Source of the DNA: Nitrososphaera viennensis EN76
Lineage (GTDB): Archaea > Thermoproteota > Nitrososphaeria > Nitrososphaerales > Nitrososphaeraceae
NCBI RefSeq assembly: GCF_000698785.1
Contig: NZ_CP007536.1
Location: forward strand, 600,001-632,000
DNA length: 32,000 bases
Direction of reading: 5' to 3'
The notes under the pieces were generated by a model. That model saw only the letters and a list, made by a program, of their open reading frames with translations. It was not told the DNA's origin and did no database searches. The position numbers and the translations under genes are program-made. Position 1 is the first letter of the stretch. The number at the start of each line of letters is the position of its first letter. Positions 16,296 to 23,668 of the stretch are shown here, piece after piece.

Positions 16296-16504
16296 TAAAG
16301 ATAACAGGTGCATGCGGACGGTCGGCACCGCACTATGCCGGCCACTTTTACGATTTCAAGACAGGCAGGATTTTCTACGCGCTTTCAGACAGGGACAGGT
16401 GCATCACTCTGAAGCTGGAAGGCGCCACGTACGACGAAATAGTCGTGCAGGTGGACGACAAGGAAAAGGTTGCAGAAATGGTGAGAAAGGCAGTCGCCAG
16501 CTAA
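16283..16504 (+). CDS. Hypothetical protein (73 aa)
   Basis: GTG start overlapping the previous ORF by 13 nt. Globular-looking sequence (HFYDFKTGRIFYALSDRDRCITLKLEGATYDEIVVQVDD). No family recognised. Confidence 0.5.
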   Translation: MHSVVKITGACGRSAPHYAGHFYDFKTGRIFYALSDRDRCITLKLEGATYDEIVVQVDDKEKVAEMVRKAVAS

Positions 16505-16656
16505 TTTGTGTTATTTAACGTTTTGTCCGAACGTTTGGACCAAGCGTTAAATCGATTTTTCAACCCCACAGGACCATGCGGGGAGCCACCACAAGAGCCG
16601 GCGAATCCTTTTATCCTAAGAACGCCATACGTAGATCATCAGGCGCTAGCACAGAG

Positions 16657-17154
16657 ATGTCCACAAACATCGCAAGGGCCGCAAGCGTCACCATTGTTCT
16701 TTTCACCGCCCTCACCCTCACTCATGCCGCGTTTGTAGACTATCGCTCTACAACAGGCGGAGACAAGTTGCTGGGGCAGATGTCGTACCTCCAGAACCGC
16801 AAGTTTGGCGTGGAGACGTCGTCTCTCTCGTTTGAACGAGATTCGTGGCGCGGGCAGGTGCGCCAAAGGTGGACCGAATGCGGCCTGTGTTGTGGCGTGT
16901 ACGAGTTGCTTGTCAGAATGAAGGGCGGGCCTACCAGGGCCAGATTGCTTGCGCTCCTTGCGGCAGTGCCAAAGAACAAGCTCCAGCTTGCAAACGAGTC
17001 GGGCATCGACTGGAAGGCGGTAGACAGGCATGTGGAACGCATGCTTGAATTCGGCCTTGTACAGGTTGTCGCGACCGCGGGCACTTGTACGATATATGCA
17101 ATCACGGAAAAGGGTGCTCGTGCGCTGGCACTCGCAGAGAGTTGTAAAGATTAG
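16657..17154 (+). CDS. Membrane-anchored winged-helix (ArsR/MarR-like) transcriptional regulator
   Basis: From Met at 16657: N-terminal TM helix AASVTIVLFTALTLTHAAF. The C-terminal PTRARLLALLAAVPKNKLQLANESGIDWKAVDRHVERMLEFGLVQV resembles an HTH plus wing. The ORF track starts 27 codons earlier, at 16576. Confidence 0.6.
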   Translation: MSTNIARAASVTIVLFTALTLTHAAFVDYRSTTGGDKLLGQMSYLQNRKFGVETSSLSFERDSWRGQVRQRWTECGLCCGVYELLVRMKGGPTRARLLALLAAVPKNKLQLANESGIDWKAVDRHVERMLEFGLVQVVATAGTCTIYAITEKGARALALAESCKD

Positions 17155-17160
17155 AGAAAG

Positions 17161-17199
17161 TAAAAAGAAAAAAGAGAGGTGCGCGCTTTTTTACGCGCC
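17161..17199. terminator. Convergent terminator region (T-runs on both strands plus a short GC hairpin)
   Basis: The plus strand has T6 at 17187-17192, 33 nt after the 17154 stop. The minus strand reads TCTCTTTTTTCTTTTT over 17161-17176, just after the radical SAM stop (17191-17193). GCGCG (17181-17185) and CGCGC (17194-17198) form a 5-bp stem. Confidence 0.45.
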
Positions 17200-18894
17200 G
17201 GCCATGTTGTTGCGCAGCTCGACGCCCTTGTGGTCGTCGTTTGCCATCGCGGCTTCCCTGTGCATCTCGGAGAGGGCGCAGCCCATCTGTGCCTCTGGCT
17301 TGCCACGCCTCATCAGGCCGCGGTAAAGGCCTGCTTCGAGTGTCTGGCCGTGTGCCTGCTCCCACTCTTCCACAGGGATGGAGTATTTCTTCTGTATCCT
17401 GTCCCTGTACCATTCTGGGATGACGTTGAAGGCGCAGAACGGTATGATTCTCAGGTCTGGCGTCAGGTAGTGTATGTCGCACCTCTGGAGCCTTTCCAGG
17501 TCCTCGTTGTACTTGTCCTGGAAGTGCATCATGCCAAGGAACAGCGACCTCACGTGCCAGTTGCCGACCGAGTCAAAGTTGCGCTTTAGCAGTATGCTGG
17601 AGAACATCTTGGCAAGGTCGAGGCCGTGCGGCTGCTTGTCCTTGTCGACGAACGTCTTGAGCTTGCGGACGACTTCGAGCATTGTCCAGTAGCGGTTTGC
17701 GCCGGACCTGATCTCGTCGGCCTTTTCTTCAAAGTATTCAAGGACGCCCTTGATGTCGACAAACGATGTCAGCGGTGTGAGCTTCCTTGTCTGCGTGTCT
17801 TCAAAGACATAGGTGCCTGCTCCGCATGCAAAGTGTATGGAGAGTTCGTACTTTGGCTTCTTGCTGAACGCCTCGATGATGTTTGTCATGGGCATGCACG
17901 ACGGGACCGGGAACCATGCGTCCTTGCTGATCTCGCCGTTTGTCTGCTCCTCAATTCTTTCAATGCAGTCAGGAATCGTGATGCGGTACTTCTCGCGCTC
18001 TTTTTTGCCCATCCTGCCTGTCAGCGACACCGGCTGGAAGTTCACTGCGTGAACGACATCCATGTGCTTTTGCGCATAGCGGATGATTCCGCCCAGCTCG
18101 TGGTCGTTGATAGACTTGATGACCGTAGGTACGAATACGACTGTCATGCCGCACTTGCGCGCGGATTCCAGAGTGTATGGGATCTCCCAGTGGTTCTTGG
18201 GGTTTGTCCTCGGCGTCACGCCGTCGAACGAGAGGTAGAGGTTGCTCACGCCAGAGTTTCTCACCTGACGCATCGTCTCTGGCGACATGGCCAGCTTGAT
18301 GCCGTTGGTGTTGAGTTGCACGTGGTCGACGCCCTCCTCCTTCATTATCTTGATGAGTTCGGTAATGTCGTCGCGAAGCATCGGCTCGCCGCCGGTGATC
18401 TGGATAGAGTTGCCTGCGATTGGCTTTTCCGCCTTGAGCGTCTTCATCATGGCCCTCACCTGCTCGTGGTTTGGCTCGTAGAGGTAGGCGCCTTCGAGGC
18501 CCTTCTTGACGTAAAAGAAACAGTACCAGCACGTGAGGTCGCACCTGTTGGTGATAATCATGTTGGAAAGGCCAGAGTGTGAAAGGTGGTTAGTGCAAAG
18601 GCCGCAGTTGTTCGGGCATGCGCACTTGTCAATCATGACGTTTGGGGCGTGTGCACCCTTGCCGTCCATCCAGTAGGTGCTGAATTTCTTGTACATTTCA
18701 TAAGAGCCGAAATACAGTTCCTCGGTCTCGCCGTGCGTCGGGCAGGTCTTGCTCATGAAAACCTTGCCTTCCCTTTCAAAGACTTCTGCGTCCAGAATCA
18801 TGTTGCAGTCCGGGCAGATGCTCTGCGTGAACCTTATCGTCTTCCTTGCAGCAACATTCTTGCTGGACATATTGCTAATATGAATTAGCTCCAT
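17191..18894 (-). CDS. Radical SAM enzyme, probable tetraether lipid synthase (Tes / GDGT-MAS family)
   Basis: N-terminal zinc-ribbon/rubredoxin-like CPDC...CPTHG, then CACPNNCGLC, then the radical SAM motif NRCDLTCWYCFF (CxxxCxxC). Also ITGGEPMLR, VQLNTNGIKL, YLSFDG, FVPTVIKSINDHELGGIIRYA and AVNFQPVS. The architecture matches my recollection of MJ0619-type GDGT-MAS/Tes. The start is ATG 18894 or ATG 18870. Confidence 0.7.
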   Translation of the reverse strand: MELIHISNMSSKNVAARKTIRFTQSICPDCNMILDAEVFEREGKVFMSKTCPTHGETEELYFGSYEMYKKFSTYWMDGKGAHAPNVMIDKCACPNNCGLCTNHLSHSGLSNMIITNRCDLTCWYCFFYVKKGLEGAYLYEPNHEQVRAMMKTLKAEKPIAGNSIQITGGEPMLRDDITELIKIMKEEGVDHVQLNTNGIKLAMSPETMRQVRNSGVSNLYLSFDGVTPRTNPKNHWEIPYTLESARKCGMTVVFVPTVIKSINDHELGGIIRYAQKHMDVVHAVNFQPVSLTGRMGKKEREKYRITIPDCIERIEEQTNGEISKDAWFPVPSCMPMTNIIEAFSKKPKYELSIHFACGAGTYVFEDTQTRKLTPLTSFVDIKGVLEYFEEKADEIRSGANRYWTMLEVVRKLKTFVDKDKQPHGLDLAKMFSSILLKRNFDSVGNWHVRSLFLGMMHFQDKYNEDLERLQRCDIHYLTPDLRIIPFCAFNVIPEWYRDRIQKKYSIPVEEWEQAHGQTLEAGLYRGLMRRGKPEAQMGCALSEMHREAAMANDDHKGVELRNNMAGA

Positions 18895-19061
18895 GCTACT
18901 TTCTTAACGGAGAAACTTCAGATTTAATATATAAAGATAACCTGCCGATTACTACGGTGATTGGTGTATAGGCCAAAACTGCCATTTTTGCCCGCCAATC
19001 TCAACGCTTCATGCCGCTTTTGGAACGTAAATATATAACGGCGTAATAAAACGTTCTGAAC

Positions 19062-19862
19062 TTGAGCATTTCCGACAGGTCGCGGAAAGCGATGGAAGAT
19101 CTTGGTATGACCGGCTATGAAATACGCGTCTACACTTCATTGCTTGAAGTCGGCGCCATGACTGCGGCCGACATCAGCAAAAAGTCGGGCGTTCCATATT
19201 CCAAGATTTACGAGGTGTTAAACAGCCTTGAAGACAAGGGCTGGCTAGAGTCGGACAGCTCGCGCCCGCAAAAGTTCTTTCCCAAGTCGCCATCCACCGC
19301 CCTTGAGGCAATGAGGATGAGAAGCGAGAACAACTTTCGTGAAAGCCAGGCCGCGATTATGAACGAGCTCATGCCCATCTACACGAAAAGCGGCATCAAG
19401 GAGAAGCCCGAGATATGGGTCGTGAGAGGCATCTACAACATTGCCGCCAAGGTCAGCGAGATAGTGGAAAACTGCCAGCACGAACTGCTCGTGGCGCTGC
19501 CAAGCGTCGCGCAGGACGTTGCCAAGCCGATGCAGCCGGTGCTCCGCACGCTGCATGAGCGCGGGGTGAAGATAAACGTCCTTGCGTCTGAAGACACCAG
19601 CACGGACATTGTAAGGGCGCTGTCAAGGGTCGCAGAGGTAAAGCTAAAGACCGACATGTTTGGCGGAGGGGTTATCGGCGACGGCAAGCACGTCATGATA
19701 CTGCTCGGAGAAGGCATGGTCGAGAACGGCATGATAGACCCGATAGCGATATGGGCGGACCATGCGGCACTGGCAGGCTTTGCCAAGGACTACTTCCGCT
19801 ACCTCTGGGCTGACGCCAAGGCGCAGCAGAAAAAGACCAGTAGCAGCAACAATAACAGATAA
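19062..19862 (+). CDS. TrmB-family transcriptional regulator
   Basis: MTGYEIRVYTSLLEVGAMTAADISKKSGVPYSKIYEVLNSLEDKGWLE is a typical TrmB N-terminal wHTH, followed by a C-terminal effector-like domain. TTG 19062 lies 29 nt downstream of TATA taaatatataa (19028-19038). Alternative start ATG 19092. Confidence 0.8.
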   Translation: MSISDRSRKAMEDLGMTGYEIRVYTSLLEVGAMTAADISKKSGVPYSKIYEVLNSLEDKGWLESDSSRPQKFFPKSPSTALEAMRMRSENNFRESQAAIMNELMPIYTKSGIKEKPEIWVVRGIYNIAAKVSEIVENCQHELLVALPSVAQDVAKPMQPVLRTLHERGVKINVLASEDTSTDIVRALSRVAEVKLKTDMFGGGVIGDGKHVMILLGEGMVENGMIDPIAIWADHAALAGFAKDYFRYLWADAKAQQKKTSSSNNNR

Positions 19863-19898
19863 GGTTAATAGTTATCTTTAGCCAAGCTAGCCCCACCC

Positions 19899-20360
19899 GT
19901 GGAGTCCCTAAAGTCCCGCAAATCCGAGGACGAAGAGCTCTTTATCGGCACGGCCGAGTCAGAGCACGTCGAGATGTACCTGAAGGCGATATGGTACATC
20001 AGGGAAAAGGGCGAGGAAGTCAAGGTAAGCTCCATTGCAAAGCTGCTAAACGTCACCCAGCCTTCCGTAGTCCAGATGCTGCGCAAGCTCAACGACCTGA
20101 ACCTCGTCCACTATACCAAGGGCAGCGTCGAGTTGACAAGCGAGGGCGACAGGATTGGCAAGCAGATGATACGCAACACCCGCCTGCTGGAGGTCCTCAT
20201 GAAGGACGCGCTGAAAATAGAGATAGACGAGGAGATGGTCTGCGGGATCGAGCACCACATGAAAAACATCTTTACCGACGCCCTGTGCACGCTTTTAAAG
20301 CACCCAAGGAAATGCCCCCACGGACACGACATACCAAGGGGCCGCTGCTGCTCTGCCTAG
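19899..20360 (+). CDS. DtxR/MntR-family metal-dependent transcriptional repressor
   Basis: EHVEMYLKAIWYIREKGEEVKVSSIAKLLNVTQPSVVQMLRKLNDLNLVHY...LTSEGDRIGKQMIRNTRLLEVLM...CGIEHHM, with a Cys/His-rich C-terminus CPHGHDIPRGRCC. GTG start lies 29 nt downstream of the TATA-like ttaatagtta. Confidence 0.8.
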   Translation: MESLKSRKSEDEELFIGTAESEHVEMYLKAIWYIREKGEEVKVSSIAKLLNVTQPSVVQMLRKLNDLNLVHYTKGSVELTSEGDRIGKQMIRNTRLLEVLMKDALKIEIDEEMVCGIEHHMKNIFTDALCTLLKHPRKCPHGHDIPRGRCCSA

Positions 20361-20638
20361 ATCGTTTTTATGCCCTTCGCTGCAACAATCGCATGGATGG
20401 ATACACGCAGGCAGTGACAGGACTAGCCCTACTGACTCTGTCTAGTGAGGAGGATCTTGAGTAAGGAGCCTGCTGTCCATCCATAATCGTCATCTTCTTA
20501 AAATTTCTCACAAGCTTGATAAATGACTAGATAGTTTTCATAATTGCATTGGTGCAGATAGAAACTACGTGTTCTCTAGAGAGTTTCCGGAAATTCATCA
20601 TAATAAGTACCTGCCGATCGTTCATACCGGAAAGCTAC

Positions 20639-21004
20639 ATGCGCGACTTTGAAGTATTCCCAGAGCGCGAAGAGGGACCCGGCGCCATATACATCGAGGC
20701 CGCCGACAAGGTCACGCTGAAAAAGATCCGCGAGATGACCTTCGTCAACGCAAAAGAGATCCTTGGCATAATATACTCGTCAAAGTCAGGCAACACGCAG
20801 CTAAAGTGGAGGCAGACGCGCAGGCGCACGGGCAAGGTGCATGGCAACGCGTCGCCAAACGCGCTAGTCAACCTGGTTGAAGCTGGCGTCCTTACGCAGG
20901 AATGGGTCGACCAGTACATCCACGCCCAGGCGCCAAGCGACACGTCTTCAGCGCCGCCGCCTACAACAGAAGGGCAGGAAAACACCACCGCGCCGCCAGC
21001 ATGA
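20639..21004 (+). CDS. Hypothetical protein (121 aa) translationally coupled to pelota
   Basis: ATG 20639 lies downstream of the TATA-like tcataataag. Its stop TGA overlaps the pelota ATG (ATGA at 21001-21004). The C-terminal tail is Pro/Thr/Ser-rich. The ORF track offers an earlier TTG at 20549. Confidence 0.55.
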   Translation: MRDFEVFPEREEGPGAIYIEAADKVTLKKIREMTFVNAKEILGIIYSSKSGNTQLKWRQTRRRTGKVHGNASPNALVNLVEAGVLTQEWVDQYIHAQAPSDTSSAPPPTTEGQENTTAPPA

Positions 21005-22068
21005 TCGTAAAGCAGAGCGACCATTCTGCAAACGCGCTCCTAGTGATCCCGGAGGACGCTGACGACCTCTTTACGCTCAGGCGCATGGTTGCGCCCGGCG
21101 ACTATGCGATAGCGGACACGACGCGCGTGGTCAAGCAGGAAAGCGAATACGGCAGGCCCGACAGGGGCGAGCGCGTCAAGGTCCGGTTAACAATCAGGGT
21201 AGACAGGGTGGAGCTTGATGCGTCGGTGGACCGGCTGCGCGTCTCTGGCACAATTACGCACACCAGCAACGAGCTCGTGTCAAAGGGGGTGCACCACGCG
21301 CTTTCGGTGCAGGCCGGCGACGTTTTGACCATAGACAAGGGCCGCAAGTGGCAGGACGTGGAGCTGAGGCTGCTAAGGAGATCGGGCGACGGCTCGTCGT
21401 CGTTCATACTGGTGGCAATCGACACGCAGGAGGCCGCAGTCGCAAGGGTCACCGGGACGCACGTCAAGATAATACCAAACATCTATTCCGGCCAGCAGGG
21501 CAAGCGCTACCCTGCAACAACAAAGAACGCAAGCCTGGACTCATTCTTTGCAGACACTGCCAAGACGGTTTCCTCCGTCCTTTCAGAAGGCGACAGGATA
21601 ATCGTCTTTGGGCCCGGCGAGACCCGCAGGCGCTTTTACAACGCGCTTGACAGAAACGGCCTGCCAAAAGAGCGGGCGCAGGTGGTAGACGGCGTCGACG
21701 TAGCAGGCGAGGACGGCGTCTTTGTTTTCCTGCGGTCGCCGGCCATGAAGGACGCCATGAGCGCAAGCAAGCTTGCCACGGTGTCGGCCATGCTCGATCA
21801 GGTGATGCTCATGGTCAACAGGGGCGAGAACAAGTACGCAGTCGGCCTCAAGGACATCACCGACGCCGCAAGCATCAAGGCGGTAGAGGCCATCATATTT
21901 TCAGACTCGGTCTTTAAAACCGCTGACGAGGAGGCGGTGGTAAGGCTGCTCAACTCTGTCGAAAGCTATGGCGCCAAGACGTACGCGGTCGACTCGTCAA
22001 CTGACATTGGCCTGCGCGTTTCATCGCTTGGAGGGATGGTCGCGCTTCTTCGCTACGCGGTGCGCTGA
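21001..22068 (+). CDS. pelA: Pelota (Dom34 homolog), mRNA surveillance / ribosome rescue factor
   Basis: From MIVKQSDHSANALLVIPEDADDLFTLRRMVAPGDYAIADTTR: typical Pelota N-terminal Sm-like domain, then central and eRF1-like C-terminal domains (355 aa). The ORF track starts 33 codons earlier, inside the upstream ORF. Confidence 0.85.
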   Translation: MIVKQSDHSANALLVIPEDADDLFTLRRMVAPGDYAIADTTRVVKQESEYGRPDRGERVKVRLTIRVDRVELDASVDRLRVSGTITHTSNELVSKGVHHALSVQAGDVLTIDKGRKWQDVELRLLRRSGDGSSSFILVAIDTQEAAVARVTGTHVKIIPNIYSGQQGKRYPATTKNASLDSFFADTAKTVSSVLSEGDRIIVFGPGETRRRFYNALDRNGLPKERAQVVDGVDVAGEDGVFVFLRSPAMKDAMSASKLATVSAMLDQVMLMVNRGENKYAVGLKDITDAASIKAVEAIIFSDSVFKTADEEAVVRLLNSVESYGAKTYAVDSSTDIGLRVSSLGGMVALLRYAVR

Positions 22069-22383
22069 CTCGGCATCAACAAGCCACGAAAGGTACGGCT
22101 TGGACACGTCGCTCATCTTTATCTCCACTATCTCCGGCACGTCGTACGGGTGCACCCGGGCAAGCTCCTCCTTGAGCGCCTTTGCAGAACCCTTGGCGAC
22201 CTTGAAAAAGGCGATGTATTCGGGCTGGTCCTCCACCCTGCCCTTCCAGGAGTAGATGGAGCGGATCTTGGTAAAATTGACGCATGCGCACAGGCCCTTT
22301 TCGACAAGCTTTTTCCCTATTTCGGCAGCAGACTCTTCTGTCGAAAACGTCGAAACGACGATTACGGCCTTGGCCTTGCTCAT
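22021..22383 (-). CDS. cutA: CutA divalent-cation tolerance protein homolog
   Basis: AVIVVSTFSTEESAAEIGKKLVEKGLCACVN...SIYSWKGRVEDQPEYIAFFKV...VHPYDVPEIVEI is the canonical CutA1 pattern. Its 3' end overlaps the pelota 3' end by 48 nt. Confidence 0.85.
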   Translation of the reverse strand: MSKAKAVIVVSTFSTEESAAEIGKKLVEKGLCACVNFTKIRSIYSWKGRVEDQPEYIAFFKVAKGSAKALKEELARVHPYDVPEIVEIKMSDVSKPYLSWLVDAESAHRVAKKRDHPSKR

Positions 22384-22413
22384 CCTACTTTTCCGGGATA
22401 GGAGTAGAAGTAT

Positions 22414-23631
22414 TTATTCCTGCAGCAGCGTTTCGCAGAGCGGGTTTGCCTTTATCACGATAAAGTCGTCGCTCTGCCGGTTCTTTGACACGACCTTGTC
22501 ATAGTCGACCTTGGAGCACGTGATGACGACTGTCGTCTTGTCGGTGTGGTAGAGGTCAAACGTCGGCCCCTGGTGGCGCTCCACGTCCCCGATATAGTCG
22601 CGCACCTTGGTCTCAAGCGACGACAGCAGGTCTATTTTGTCGCCCCTCATCTCGTGCGGGTCAAGCGTCCACGCTATTGCCACCTTGGTCCTGCTTGCCT
22701 TCAGGTCGCGCTTTTTCAGGGTGCCGCGCACCTGGTCTATCAGGTGCTTTGTGTAGCCCTCTATCCCGCGTATGCTTCCGTTGACAAGGTACATGAGCGG
22801 GCCGGCGCCGTCAAGCGACGAGCCTATGATGCGCAGGTCGTACAATCCAGAAGTCACGTCGTCAATGTACAGGTCGGAAAACGTGCCGTGCATCAGCTCG
22901 TTTGCGGGCAGGCTGCCGTCCGTAGCTTTTTTGCACACTTCGAGGATGCTTGCCATGCCGGAGTAGTGCGAAAGCGTGCGGATGACGTGGGAAAGCTCTG
23001 CAGAGTAGATGTCGACAAAGCTCACCTTCTTCTTGCCATCTGTGTCGTAAAGCATCTTGGCGAGGTTGCTGTCCTGCTTTGACTTGGCAGAGCCGACGAG
23101 CGTCTCGGTGCCCGGCGCAATCGGGCTTGAAGGCATGTAATAGTACGAGACGTCCTGGCCGGCAGCCATGCCCGTCACGTGCTCTATGAGTGCGATGTTT
23201 TCGTTGTTGCCCCCGATCCCAGCCGGCAGCATGTAGACCACGGACGAGCCTTTCTTGAGCGCCTTGACTGCGTCCTTGAATTTTGCCGCCACGTCGGCCT
23301 TGACGTCCGTGCCTGTCTTGCGTATCCGGGGTGCAAAGAACAGGTACGACGCGTTCCCTATCGCCACATCCATCGGCTCAAGCCCGAGGAGCGGCTCGTC
23401 CTCGACAAGCGAGCTGACATTTGGGTACGTGCGGGCAATGTCTGCCTTGAGCGATATGGCGTTGCGCAGCGATTCATCAATCAGCGAGACCTTGGCGCCC
23501 TTTACCGCTATGGCCGAGGCTATTCTGTACCCCTCTGTACTCAGGCCATACACGGCTACTGTCGGCAATGATCCCGCACTCAAACTATAGACTGAGCTCC
23601 CCCGAACAACGTGCCATATACGCGTTGTCAT
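22414..23631 (-). CDS. Nucleotide-sugar dehydrogenase (UDP-glucose/GDP-mannose dehydrogenase family)-like protein, apparently non-catalytic
   Basis: 405 aa, colinear with the three-domain family. N-terminal Rossmann-like VAVYGLSTEGYRIASAIAVKGAKVSLID. SYLFFAPRIRKTG...ALKKGSSVVYMLPAGIGG...YYYMPSSPIAPG. Central SAELSHVIRTLSHYSGMASILEVCKKA. C-terminal TKVAIAWTLDPHEMRGDKIDLL. At the position of GGxC(I/L)PKD it reads DGAGPLMYLVNG, with no Cys. Confidence 0.6.
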   Translation of the reverse strand: MTTRIWHVVRGSSVYSLSAGSLPTVAVYGLSTEGYRIASAIAVKGAKVSLIDESLRNAISLKADIARTYPNVSSLVEDEPLLGLEPMDVAIGNASYLFFAPRIRKTGTDVKADVAAKFKDAVKALKKGSSVVYMLPAGIGGNNENIALIEHVTGMAAGQDVSYYYMPSSPIAPGTETLVGSAKSKQDSNLAKMLYDTDGKKKVSFVDIYSAELSHVIRTLSHYSGMASILEVCKKATDGSLPANELMHGTFSDLYIDDVTSGLYDLRIIGSSLDGAGPLMYLVNGSIRGIEGYTKHLIDQVRGTLKKRDLKASRTKVAIAWTLDPHEMRGDKIDLLSSLETKVRDYIGDVERHQGPTFDLYHTDKTTVVITCSKVDYDKVVSKNRQSDDFIVIKANPLCETLLQE

Positions 23632-23668
23632 CAGTTAAAGAAAAGGTTTTTCACCGGCACAGGCCAAC

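Noticed and set aside
17626-18582. 318-aa plus-strand ORF
   Set aside because: It is entirely antisense to the well-supported radical SAM gene. The translation is dominated by Arg/Leu/Val/Asp/His runs with no motifs, so it is a shadow ORF.
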